DNA of 36,647 bases from a virus (taxonomy: Duplodnaviria; Caudoviricetes), in the IMG/VR virus record IMGVR_UViG_3300037483_000274, positions 1 through 36,647 of that record; one strand, given 5' to 3'. Below the pieces are notes generated by a model. The model had not been told where the DNA came from. It ran no database searches and was given only the letters and a program-made list of their open reading frames with translations. This document shows positions 27,623 to 36,058 of this stretch, in pieces (within the stretch, counting starts at the first letter, position 1; every line of letters begins with the position of its first letter). A program made the translations under genes and the position numbers.

Positions 27623-27651
27623 ATCATGCACATCTTAGCTTTGTTTGTCAA
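27623..27651 (-). promoter_or_regulatory. sigma70-like late promoter
   Basis: TTGACA-17 bp-CATGAT. Confidence 0.55.
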
Positions 27652-27661
27652 GCGAAAAATG

Positions 27662-27736
27662 GTTAGGGCTTTCTAACTTTCATAACATACGTTACAAGTT
27701 AGACACATGATGTTATGAAAGTTAGACAAGCCTAAC
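27662..27736. repeat. Long inverted repeat
   Basis: Perfect 17-bp core at 27672-27688 / 27710-27726, extending imperfectly to ~27 bp. Confidence 0.85.
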
Positions 27737-28050
27737 AATTGTCGAGGCGAACTGTCAGTACATTGTCAGTACAAAATGAAGAATGTGTAAACCTATATCT
27801 CGACTTAAGTGTCGTTACAATGTAGTCCGCTCCAAACCGCTCCGGCATCTCGACTTACATAACCGCGAATCTACAAGAAGCGAGAATTTAGCGATAGCGA
27901 TTAATATGTTAATATCCGAAAATGACAATTAGAACTTAGGCATAATTTTCGAGCAAGCGTTCGGAAAACTAACACGGGGCTTAAAATCAAACGATACATG
28001 TACGAGAAATATGCCGGTATAGGCCAGAGAAATATCTTTGCGTGGCGGGG

Positions 28051-28602
28051 CTAAGATTTGACCAGGGCGCGAATCGCAAACGTGTTTGGCATGGTGTCAG
28101 AGACCAGAATCCCGTAATAGGCGATCAAAAGGGCGTCGGCGCGATTGTGGTCCATGCGGCGCGTAATGGCGGAAATCACATCCGGCCGGGATATAAAAAG
28201 CCGTCTTGCAATCTCCAGGGACCGCTGCTTTGTATCTTTGTAGGCCGAATCAGGCCTAAGATCGAGGCGGCGATAAATTTCTTTCTGCCAGGTCCTGGGG
28301 TGCGCCAGGTGGTAAGCGAGCCCAAGCGCCCGGCAATAGCCCTGCACAATTCCGTGGGCGGTAACGTACACTGACTGCCGCGCTACATCCTGACCAGGCC
28401 GCATTCCAACCTGCTCGAGGACAACTGTAACGTTTGCGGCCTCGAAAAGCTTGCGGGCAGCAATAAATCGCAATAAATTCAGAAACTCATCAGACTGATA
28501 GTCCGCTATGGCGACTTCAACGATGCCAGACTCCGAGACCCCAATAGCGGCCAAAGCGCCTGTGTTACCAGGGTCAATTCCGATGTAGATTTTTTCTGTC
28601 AT
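28051..28602 (-). CDS. RuvC-like Holliday junction resolvase
   Basis: IGIDPG, VVLEQV, PRTWQK, NRADALLIA; likely start ATG 28602 with GGGGTG RBS. Confidence 0.9.
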   Translation of the reverse strand: MTEKIYIGIDPGNTGALAAIGVSESGIVEVAIADYQSDEFLNLLRFIAARKLFEAANVTVVLEQVGMRPGQDVARQSVYVTAHGIVQGYCRALGLAYHLAHPRTWQKEIYRRLDLRPDSAYKDTKQRSLEIARRLFISRPDVISAITRRMDHNRADALLIAYYGILVSDTMPNTFAIRALVKS

Positions 28603-28626
28603 TTTCACCCCCTGCGATTTATAACA

Positions 28627-28655
28627 ACTGTAACGCCGATAGCGTGGAAAGTCAA
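28627..28655 (-). promoter_or_regulatory. sigma70-like promoter for the resolvase
   Basis: TTGACT-17 bp-TACAGT. Confidence 0.55.
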
Positions 28656-28691
28656 CTGGGAAAAATTGAGGAGGGGTATTCGCTGGCTTAC

Positions 28692-28740
28692 GAGAGAGCA
28701 CGAGGAGAGGATACTACCGTATCCTCTCCTCTGCTCTCTC
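28692..28740. repeat. 22-bp near-perfect palindrome
   Basis: GAGAGAGCA(C)GAGGAGAGGATAC-TACC-GTATCCTCTCCTCTGCTCTCTC. Confidence 0.9.
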
Positions 28741-28799
28741 TAACGCCCAAACCCGCTATATCACGAGTTTTGTGTGCCGGTTAGCGGATCTTCTTTGTA

Positions 28800-28812
28800 A
28801 ATCAATACCTTA
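28800..28812 (+). promoter_or_regulatory. IHF binding site
   Basis: AATCAATACCTTA is an exact WATCAANNNNTTR match in non-coding DNA. Confidence 0.55.
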
Positions 28813-29482
28813 TCCCTTGTTTCCGGCCTAATATTTATCACCACCGTCCTGTCGCCCCTGTAGGCTCGCGCCCCTCAAGCCTTTAGATTGCTCTGCTTCT
28901 CTCGTTGTAACTTTTCTGCATGTATAACATCAATCATATCGCTTATTTATCCGCCCGGCCCCGCACATCAAGGACTTTGTCCACTATATTCCGTTTGAGC
29001 GATATAGTTTTTAGAAAATCCAATAATATCAATACGGCGAGGTTTCGAATGTGATTCAAATAGAATACCTGATGAGAGTTCCTCGTCTTCCCACAGATCC
29101 GCGCCCCCGTAGGGCCTATTCAAATTTAGGTCGGAGCGGTTAGCGGTGGGCGTGGGTTTGCGATTAATTTAGTAATCCTTCGTAGATGGGCTGTTTTGGC
29201 TAATCTTCAGCTTTCGTTATATTTTGTACAACGCAAAGTAGAAGCAAAACTCTCATAACAGTGAGAAATCAGTGATCTGTGAGCCAGTTAACGTCTACAA
29301 GCCAGTTAAGTTGCAGAGGGTTTAAGCGCCGAATCGTAAGAATATCTAATGAAAAGTTCTAAGTTACACCACCAATCCTTAACTTTACTTTAAGGATTCC
29401 AAGCCCACAGACGTCTATCGGGGCGGGATTCATTCATTAAATGGGATTCATAGCCTCGTAGCTATGTTATAGCCGTCAAATG

Positions 29483-29521
29483 AAAATAAAAAACCCGGAG
29501 AGTAAAAATCCTCTCCGGGTT
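29483..29521 (-). terminator. Intrinsic terminator of the replication operon
   Basis: AACCCGGAGAG-8 nt-CTCTCCGGGTT followed by a U-rich tract on the minus strand. Confidence 0.88.
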
Positions 29522-29538
29522 AAGCGGTTTTTAGCTTT

Positions 29539-30069
29539 TTAGACCGGCCGGTATCCTAACCGGTCTTTTCGTTTTACCTTCTTTATCCGGCCCGATTCTG
29601 TAAGCCGGTGGATGCTCTTCTTTAGATCCTTAAGACGCAGGCGCGACGAGGTAGGTATCCTCACCGCAGCCAGAGGATGCCAGTTGGGTGCGCCCGTTAG
29701 GTCTGTTTCCCATAGGCGAGCTATCTCTGATAATACCAGGGCATCTATATCCCCGTCCTTCTTTTGCTTGGATTCGGTTTTGTCCCTATCTATTGCGACT
29801 CGTAGTCGTCCCTTTTCGATATTTACCGGATTTAACGCCGCATACATGTCAAGAAGTTTGATATTCAAGTCCCGTACTGTGTTTAAGATAGTCGTACGGG
29901 TTTCCATGAAGAACTCGGAGTCCTCGAATTTACCCTTGGCGTATCCCGCCATAAAGTTTAGGCCATTGAGCAGCCGAGCCCGCTCGTTTTGCAAACGGGC
30001 TTGCTCCACATACGTGGGCGCGTATTTTTCGGTAAGAGCCCCAAGCTCCTCTTTTAAATCGTCTATCAT
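29539..30069 (-). CDS. Coiled-coil protein with C-terminal wHTH-like domain resembling the primase-helicase C-terminus
   Basis: GGGG RBS; heptad-rich N-terminus; RLTESGRIKKVKRKDRLGYRP. Confidence 0.7.
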   Translation of the reverse strand: MIDDLKEELGALTEKYAPTYVEQARLQNERARLLNGLNFMAGYAKGKFEDSEFFMETRTTILNTVRDLNIKLLDMYAALNPVNIEKGRLRVAIDRDKTESKQKKDGDIDALVLSEIARLWETDLTGAPNWHPLAAVRIPTSSRLRLKDLKKSIHRLTESGRIKKVKRKDRLGYRPV

Positions 30070-30082
30070 TATCCAGTCCCCC

Positions 30083-30670
30083 TTAAATTCCAGGCTTGAA
30101 TGCCCCCGCCCCCGGTTTTTTATTCGGTCGATCGTCGAGTTCCGGCCGCGTTTTCAGGGTCCAGAGAATCGAGAGGAGGCAGAATACGGCAGCGCCTAAA
30201 TGATGTTTTTTGTGTTTTAACGCTGAGGGTTCCGGGTCAAGGTCTTCCCCGCCCCAGAAAAAAGCAACCAGGTGCCGTAGACATGCGTCCATCATCTCGG
30301 ACACCAGGAATCCTTTGCGCCAGGATTCGCGCTCGTACTTGTCAATCCCTTCTTCATATGCGGGGGCTACAAACTCGGCCAGAATGTCCAGGGGTAGCAC
30401 AGATACCTGGGTCTTTTTTTCCGACCGGGAAGCTTTAGGGGCTAATATGTTTTCTATTTCTGACCGTTCGAATTGGCGGCCGGGCCTAATTTGTCTTGTA
30501 AAATCAACGGGGTCCTTTGAATTCTCCTCTGATATGAAGAGGTGTTTTTCCGCTCTGGGTTGCGGGTTTTCTTTCGCGTTGTAATCAGCCATCCGTTCCC
30601 ATACTGGCTTGTAAGGCGCAACTTGTTTTGCCTTTTCTTCGAGGTTTTTTTCTACCGGGTCTTTACTCAT
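30083..30670 (-). CDS. dATP/dGTP diphosphohydrolase-like protein (DUF5664 domain)
   Basis: K..VSVLP, YEEGIDKYERESWRKG, DACLRHL, GEDLDPE, HHLGAA. Confidence 0.82.
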   Translation of the reverse strand: MSKDPVEKNLEEKAKQVAPYKPVWERMADYNAKENPQPRAEKHLFISEENSKDPVDFTRQIRPGRQFERSEIENILAPKASRSEKKTQVSVLPLDILAEFVAPAYEEGIDKYERESWRKGFLVSEMMDACLRHLVAFFWGGEDLDPEPSALKHKKHHLGAAVFCLLSILWTLKTRPELDDRPNKKPGAGAFKPGI

Positions 30671-30866
30671 TTTCGTGCTCCTTTTTGTTTTTTACGCTGA
30701 TTGATATCCGGCGCAGATGCCGGGCTAATTGGTCTATCATTTCATGCACCGAGGCCGCCGGATCGCATTCCGGGGATGGTTGCTCTATCCCGAGCGTCGC
30801 GCCCAGGCGGTCTATCTCGGCCGTTAGCTGCATGAGTTTTTCAATAGTCCTGATGTAAGTTGTCAT
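30663..30866 (-). CDS. Hypothetical protein
   Basis: GGGAG RBS; overlaps both neighbours in the operon. Confidence 0.6.
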   Translation of the reverse strand: MTTYIRTIEKLMQLTAEIDRLGATLGIEQPSPECDPAASVHEMIDQLARHLRRISISVKNKKEHENE

Positions 30867-31204
30867 TTATCCAATCTCCCTTTTCGTTTTTTATTTCTAT
30901 TTTCAGGTTGTCTTCGGCCATCATTTTATCTATCTGGTTGCCGTCTACCCCTCTGGACCGTTCCTTGGCCTTTTGGGCGCACCATTCGAGGAACACTGGG
31001 GATCGGGATAAACTTCGCAGCGCCTCTTTTTGGGTTTGATATCCGGTCTCTATTGGATTGGCCGGTTGATGTAGCGCCGGAGGCGGGGTGTTTCATTCGA
31101 ACGCAATTTTGGTGCTTGTTCCGATACTGCCCTCCGGCCCCGGTGCCTGAAAAATATGTTATATCGAGGTCTTTTTTGTTGATTGAGAACAATAGAGTTT
31201 TCAC
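30841..31204 (-). CDS. Release-factor (RF-1/GGQ domain) peptidyl-tRNA hydrolase-like protein, split by a +1 frameshift near 31030
   Basis: FSGTGAGGQYRNKHQNCVR; the +1 frame continues KEALRSLSRSPVFLEWC...IDKMMAEDNLKIEIKNEKGDW to TGA at 30841; span is 364 nt (3n+1). Confidence 0.8.
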
Positions 31205-32571
31205 TTCCCACCTCCTTTTTTATATGTTTTTAGCCGCTCCAAGGCCGATCTGACCATGGATGGCATCCCCTCGTCAATGTAGTCATAAATCCGGGCACGG
31301 GTTTTACCGGGGGCCGGCCGGCGCACTCGGCCTAAATACTGAATGAGACGCCCGTTAAATTTTATCGGCGTACCGATGAACAGGGTTGAGAGACTTTTGC
31401 AATCAAAGCCCTCACCGATCAACTGCCCCGTGGCTATGAGGACTTTTATTTTTCCCGCATCCAGATCGGCTACGAGGCCCTCACGGTCGAGTTTGCTTGA
31501 AGAGCCTGTCAGTATTTCGCAATTTACGCCCCGACCTCTTACAAGCCGGGCAAGGTGCTCGCATTGTGATTTTCGGTCTGTTAAGGCCAATATAACCCCA
31601 GGCATTTTTGAGGCCGCAGCTATATCCCAGGAAATTAAGCCATTACGGGTTTCATCGTCTGCCAATTCTGACAAGGCCTTGCTGTAAAAATCAACTGGGT
31701 CCGCTTTGGAAACAAACTCCGTTGTGCGGATAATAACGTCTATTGGTAAAAGTGCGCCGGAGTCAATCAGCGTCTCGTCTTTGACTTCATGTCGTAGAGG
31801 ACCCAGATACCAATATATCAGTTGGGATAGCTTATCTCTGCGCCAAGGCGTGGCGGATAATCCAGTCATGTGCATACAGTCAAATTTTGACACGACTTCG
31901 GTAAATGTTCGGCTCGGCGTTCTGTGGCACTCGTCAACTACTAAATGGCCGAAATTCTGGTATATATCATCGGCTTTGTTCACAAGCGTTTGCACCAGCC
32001 CCACGGTTATTTTGTCGCCTATCGTATTTTTGCCTGACCCGATAAGTCCTATTTTTCCACAATTAGGGACAAATTGTTTGACCCTCGCAATCCATTGTTG
32101 GGCCAACTCTTTGGTATGCACGACTATTAGGGCGGGCTGTTCTCTCCGAGCGATTAATTCCAGCGCCATTACGGTTTTACCGCTGCCCGTGGGGGATGAT
32201 AAAACTCCGGTTCGGGTCTTCATCATGGTGTCTGCTGCCGCCCGCTGGTGAGGCTGCAATTTTATGTTCGTAGTGAGCCTGGTATCCGGCAGACTTCGAG
32301 TTCGGTCCTCGTATTCCACTTCACACCCAGACGACGAACAGAGCCCCGCTATTTGCGGTCCTGCCCCTCTTGGTGCTAATAGAGACCGGCGGTCTGGCGA
32401 GACTCGGTATAGTTTCAGCCGCCGGGGGGTTTTCCCTGCATACCGGTTGAATCTTACCGCTTCTTCGTAGGCCGGATTAGGGATTGTCAGCATATTTTTC
32501 ACGGCCTCGAGTATCGAGGAAGGAAAATCTTGCAATATCAGTTTGTTGTTTATTACGATTTTCGGCTTCAT
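31201..32571 (-). CDS. Superfamily 2 (DExH) helicase
   Basis: SPTGSGKT, VVDECH, GLSATPWRRD, EGFD, QYLGRVRR. Confidence 0.93.
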   Translation of the reverse strand: MKPKIVINNKLILQDFPSSILEAVKNMLTIPNPAYEEAVRFNRYAGKTPRRLKLYRVSPDRRSLLAPRGAGPQIAGLCSSSGCEVEYEDRTRSLPDTRLTTNIKLQPHQRAAADTMMKTRTGVLSSPTGSGKTVMALELIARREQPALIVVHTKELAQQWIARVKQFVPNCGKIGLIGSGKNTIGDKITVGLVQTLVNKADDIYQNFGHLVVDECHRTPSRTFTEVVSKFDCMHMTGLSATPWRRDKLSQLIYWYLGPLRHEVKDETLIDSGALLPIDVIIRTTEFVSKADPVDFYSKALSELADDETRNGLISWDIAAASKMPGVILALTDRKSQCEHLARLVRGRGVNCEILTGSSSKLDREGLVADLDAGKIKVLIATGQLIGEGFDCKSLSTLFIGTPIKFNGRLIQYLGRVRRPAPGKTRARIYDYIDEGMPSMVRSALERLKTYKKGGGK

Positions 32572-34543
32572 GTTTTATTGTCCGGTCGATGTTAAGGTAA
32601 ATTTGTTCTGAGTGCCCGATAAATGTTGGCTGATAGCCGTTTCGGTGGTTGAGTTGCGTTTTTTCAATCAATCCATCGGCTATGAGCCGGCCGAGGCATT
32701 CGTCAATCACAACTCGCGGCATTTTTACCCCGTAAGTGTTTCGTAGTGTGGGCCAGTTGTACAGATTTTTAGGGGATAGCTTGTGGTTATTCAACAGACC
32801 GGACCCGGATTCAGCTTCTTTCGCTATCGCCGCGTAGACCAATTGGCAATTCTCGTTCAATTCGGGGTCTATAATTTCGGTCTCGATGACGGGGATAAAG
32901 GTACCGTTGACCCACTGCAAGACCAGCCGCCCTCCGGCCGCAGATGTTGAGGCGTAGTTTGATTTTGTCCTTGATAGAACGCGATGGTCGGATAACCGGT
33001 CATTCGACTCATATTTTCCCATATACCATCTTGATCTGACTCCACCATCCCAGGCCGTGGAACCAGAGTATTGGCTGCTATCGGATTTCGCTGGATGCCC
33101 CACAATGAGGACTGTTGCTTCGTAGTCTATTCGCAGCCTGCCCAGGCAAGTCTTCAAGAATGAGTTTACCGCCGGGCGATCATTTTCGCTTCCTGCAAAT
33201 ATGTCCGCTATGGTGTCCAGAACCACTAATTTCGGGCCTTTGGGCATTAACGATAATTGGGCGCGTAATTCCGGCCAGAAGGGGCCGGGCACAACTTTTC
33301 CGGTCCTCGGGTCCGATTGCGCCAAAATGTTATCGGCACCTACTCGGGGCCAGCCGTACCAATTTTTACGAGTTTCGGGGTCGTCCAGCGCGAAAGAATA
33401 TGACGCGTCACCTTTGCAAGAGGCCAATCTTCGATGCAACTCATCCGCGCTATCCTCGCACGCCACGGTGAGAACCGGCATTTGTTTAGCGGGCATGTTG
33501 AGCCATTTAGTCCCGGAGGCCACAGCGAGCGCAAGTTGCAGAGCGGCCATTGACTTGCCGGACCCCGGCGGACCGTATAGAGCGGTCAATTCACCCTCTG
33601 GCAGCCAATCTTGGATTATCCATTGTCGCTCCGGGGCCGGACCGATAAGGTCATCGAGGCGCAGTACTCCAACAGGTGCAGCGGGCTGCGCCGGGGCTGC
33701 CGAGAAATCATCAGCGGTCGGGGGCTCGTTCGGGTAAATAGGATCAAAATCCGCCTCGGGCAGGGCGGAGCCGGCAGCAGATCTGGCGTATTCATAAGCG
33801 TGCGCAATTGTCGCGGATAGCTCGGCGTAGCTTAAAGGCGGGGTACATATTTTATCATTTACCGGGGAGAGGATAAGCTCACATGTTTCCGGGCTTATCG
33901 CGTAGTCCCTTACGATGCAGGCGGCTTTGTACGCCCATTGATTGCGAGTCCCCCTTGGCGCCGGTGCCGTTTGGGACGATATAGCGGACATGGCCGCTAC
34001 GATGTTCTGGGGTATATCTTCTTCCACTCCCGGAGCGATATCTTGTGACACTTCGCGCCAAGCGCCTGAGGCTGATATAATCCAGTCTGGTGTAGGCGCA
34101 ACCGGGGCGTTTTTTGTTACGATATACTCGCCCTTACCCGGCACGGTCTGGCCCGCCAGAGGAACCATTACGGGTACGTCGAGGCCGGGGCCTAATTTAC
34201 CGATGCTGTTTTTCGCGGCCCCGGTGAAATAAAAATGTTGCCCGCCGGAAGGTGTGCGCACCTTTAGAGTGGTAGGCAGCTCACCGTTCATTATCTCTAA
34301 GGATAATAAAGACTTTAAGCCCCCCGCGTCTTTTTTTACATCGACATCCAGAACTGTCAATCCGGACCGGGCTAAATCCACGCATAGATAACACTCGGGC
34401 CAGCGATCCCGCCATGTTTGTATTGTTTGGGGAATATTGGACGACCCAGACCGCCATTTTATGAGGGGCGTGTGTCCATTCTCCCACCGCGCGGGGAACA
34501 GATACCAATTTCGATCAAGCGCATATTGCAACATATCCAACAT
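32477..34543 (-). CDS. Bifunctional primase-polymerase fused to PriCT and RepA/AAA_25-type helicase
   Basis: VLDVDVK, TPSGGQHFYF, GTRN; GPPGSGKS, CEDS.DEL.RR, VVLDT, GHPAK, SGSTAW, KSNY. Confidence 0.9.
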   Translation of the reverse strand: MLDMLQYALDRNWYLFPARWENGHTPLIKWRSGSSNIPQTIQTWRDRWPECYLCVDLARSGLTVLDVDVKKDAGGLKSLLSLEIMNGELPTTLKVRTPSGGQHFYFTGAAKNSIGKLGPGLDVPVMVPLAGQTVPGKGEYIVTKNAPVAPTPDWIISASGAWREVSQDIAPGVEEDIPQNIVAAMSAISSQTAPAPRGTRNQWAYKAACIVRDYAISPETCELILSPVNDKICTPPLSYAELSATIAHAYEYARSAAGSALPEADFDPIYPNEPPTADDFSAAPAQPAAPVGVLRLDDLIGPAPERQWIIQDWLPEGELTALYGPPGSGKSMAALQLALAVASGTKWLNMPAKQMPVLTVACEDSADELHRRLASCKGDASYSFALDDPETRKNWYGWPRVGADNILAQSDPRTGKVVPGPFWPELRAQLSLMPKGPKLVVLDTIADIFAGSENDRPAVNSFLKTCLGRLRIDYEATVLIVGHPAKSDSSQYSGSTAWDGGVRSRWYMGKYESNDRLSDHRVLSRTKSNYASTSAAGGRLVLQWVNGTFIPVIETEIIDPELNENCQLVYAAIAKEAESGSGLLNNHKLSPKNLYNWPTLRNTYGVKMPRVVIDECLGRLIADGLIEKTQLNHRNGYQPTFIGHSEQIYLNIDRTIKHEAENRNKQQTDIARFSFLDTRGREKYADNP

Positions 34544-34555
34544 GATATCCGCCCC

Positions 34556-34903
34556 TTATCGGTTGTAGGATAGTAGCGCATGGGCCTTCACTGCTCCTAA
34601 GGTCTCCACTTCTATTTTATAAGCGAGGCCGGGGCCGGGGTTTCTTCTATTATTTGCGATTTGGGACAGAAAAGCGGCTGATATGCCAAGTGCCTCGGCT
34701 GCTGCCGCCTGGGTACCATATTTCGTGGTTAATATCTCTCGCATGAGGCCGCCCGAATATAACCGTTTGATCTGTTTAACTTTTTCTATTGGGGTTTCCG
34801 TGGACCCCGTCATCCACCGGCATATGTTTTCCGGGGTCGTGCTTAGTTCGGCCGCTAATTGGGCTATGGTCATGTCGGTTAGTTTTAGTAATGATAACAG
34901 CAT
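34556..34903 (-). CDS. Cro-like regulator with tandem HTH domains
   Basis: IAQLAAELSTTPENICRW and TQAAAAEALGISAAFLSQI...IEVETLGAV; AAGGAG RBS. Confidence 0.85.
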   Translation of the reverse strand: MLLSLLKLTDMTIAQLAAELSTTPENICRWMTGSTETPIEKVKQIKRLYSGGLMREILTTKYGTQAAAAEALGISAAFLSQIANNRRNPGPGLAYKIEVETLGAVKAHALLSYNR

Positions 34904-34947
34904 TTTGTTAGCTCCTTTTTCCGAAAGGGGGTTATATAGTTAATAAA

Positions 34948-34975
34948 ACGATAACACACTTTTTTTGGTTTGCAA
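34948..34975 (-). promoter_or_regulatory. Leftward early promoter
   Basis: TTGCAA-16 bp-TATCGT with a TGn extension. Confidence 0.5.
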
Positions 34976-35039
34976 ACTCTTTTCTTTATTTATCGGCCCT
35001 CTTGGCGATTGTACTCGAGAAAATATTTTTAAAAAATGC

Positions 35040-35068
35040 TTGACTTCTGATCTGAATGGGCTAATAAT
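35040..35068 (+). promoter_or_regulatory. Rightward early promoter
   Basis: TTGACT-17 bp-AATAAT with an A/T-rich UP-like tract. Confidence 0.65.
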
Positions 35069-35113
35069 GGACTCATCAAGTTAAAAATGTTTGCAAAGGT
35101 TAAAGGAGGATTT

Positions 35114-35782
35114 ATGGTAACAATAAGAAACCGAATGGGGCGTATCCTTTGGATGGATGACGCGCGGGCCACTCTGGACGGGGCTGATCTGACCGGGGCC
35201 AATCTGGACGGGGCTGATCTGACCGGGGCCCATCTGACCAGGGCCAATCTGATCGGGGCCAATCTGACCAGGGCTGATCTGGACGGGGCCAATCTGACCA
35301 GGGCCAATCTGACCAGGGCCAATCTGACCAGGGCCAATCTGACCGGGGCCACTCTGGACGGGGCTGATCTGACCGGGGCTGATCTGGACGGGGCCAATCT
35401 GACCAGGGCCAATCTGACCAGGGCCAATCTGACCAGGGCCAATCTGACCGGGGCCACTCTGGACGGGGCCACTCTGGACGGGGCTGATCTGACCGGGGCC
35501 AATCTGGACGGGGCCAATCTGATCAGGGCCAATCTGACCAGGGCCGATCTGACCGGGGCCAATATAGACTATGTGTCCTGGCCCCTATGGTGCGGATCTT
35601 TGGGCGTAAAAATTGACGCCCGAATAGCCGCTCAACTGCTGTATCATGCGTTAGCTCCGGCGGTGTCATGCGGCCATTTAAGTGCGGGCGCGACTATTGA
35701 GAACCTGATTGATTTTGTTAACGCTAATTTCCACCGGGTAGAATCCGATAGCGTGCCGCCGTTAAAAATGGGAGACAAATAA
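35114..35782 (+). CDS. Pentapeptide repeat protein
   Basis: AAGGAGG RBS before ATG 35114; ~27 A(D/N/T)Lxx units followed by WPLWCGSL...IAAQLLYH. Confidence 0.92.
   Translation: MVTIRNRMGRILWMDDARATLDGADLTGANLDGADLTGAHLTRANLIGANLTRADLDGANLTRANLTRANLTRANLTGATLDGADLTGADLDGANLTRANLTRANLTRANLTGATLDGATLDGADLTGANLDGANLIRANLTRADLTGANIDYVSWPLWCGSLGVKIDARIAAQLLYHALAPAVSCGHLSAGATIENLIDFVNANFHRVESDSVPPLKMGDK
35168..35572 (+). repeat. 15-bp tandem repeat array
   Basis: ~27 units of GCC/GCT-AAT/GAT/ACT-CTG-ACC/GAC-AGG/GGG. Confidence 0.95.
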
Positions 35783-36039
35783 TGGGAGAGGACTATCCAT
35801 TGTTGCGGGATATGAAGCCTGGAGACTGCATATCCCGAGTTGACAAGTGGTCTATTGTGCGCTATTGGGACAACGGGGCCGGTGAAACAATTCGAGAGAT
35901 GCTTTTTTACCCATCTGAGTTTGGTATGGGGCAAATCCGGGAAATGGCCAAAGACCCGCTTATGAGCGATAAGGCCCAAGCCTTTAATCACCGTTTAAAC
36001 CGCCTCATTTTAGACGGCGATGCCCGATGGGAGCTTTAA
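35782..36039 (+). CDS. Hypothetical protein
   Basis: GGGAG RBS; TAATG overlap with the upstream stop. Confidence 0.65.
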   Translation: MGEDYPLLRDMKPGDCISRVDKWSIVRYWDNGAGETIREMLFYPSEFGMGQIREMAKDPLMSDKAQAFNHRLNRLILDGDARWEL

Positions 36040-36058
36040 TTTGACACGAGGCCCTAAT

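Noticed and set aside
27586-27666. Short + strand ORF after AGGAGG in the leader hairpin loop
   Set aside because: ATG directly abuts the SD, the ORF is only 26 aa, and it runs against the late operon.
28692-28740. Protelomerase hairpin-end site
   Set aside because: No protelomerase or tyrosine recombinase is recognisable, and the palindrome has a loop and a bulge.
29069-29087. CTGATGAG hammerhead-like core
   Set aside because: The required GAAA after stem II is missing and stems I and III cannot be formed.
27835-29362. 9-10 bp complementary matches between the two non-coding blocks flanking RuvC (AACCGCTCCG; TTAGAACTT)
   Set aside because: Short and not nested as one long-range helix would require; compatible with chance, so an intron or mobile element is not supported.
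30841-31204. Stop-codon reassignment implied by a release-factor gene
   Set aside because: Core genes are intact in the standard code, TAA, TAG and TGA all end genes, and the protein lacks codon-recognition domains.
35029-35562. Minus-strand (LALVR/APSR)n ORF
   Set aside because: Antisense shadow of the pentapeptide array.
35168-35572. Tandem repeats as a CRISPR array or DGR
   Set aside because: Units are contiguous coding repeats without spacers; there is no reverse transcriptase, and the 19511-19807 repeat differs mostly at synonymous, non-adenine-specific positions.
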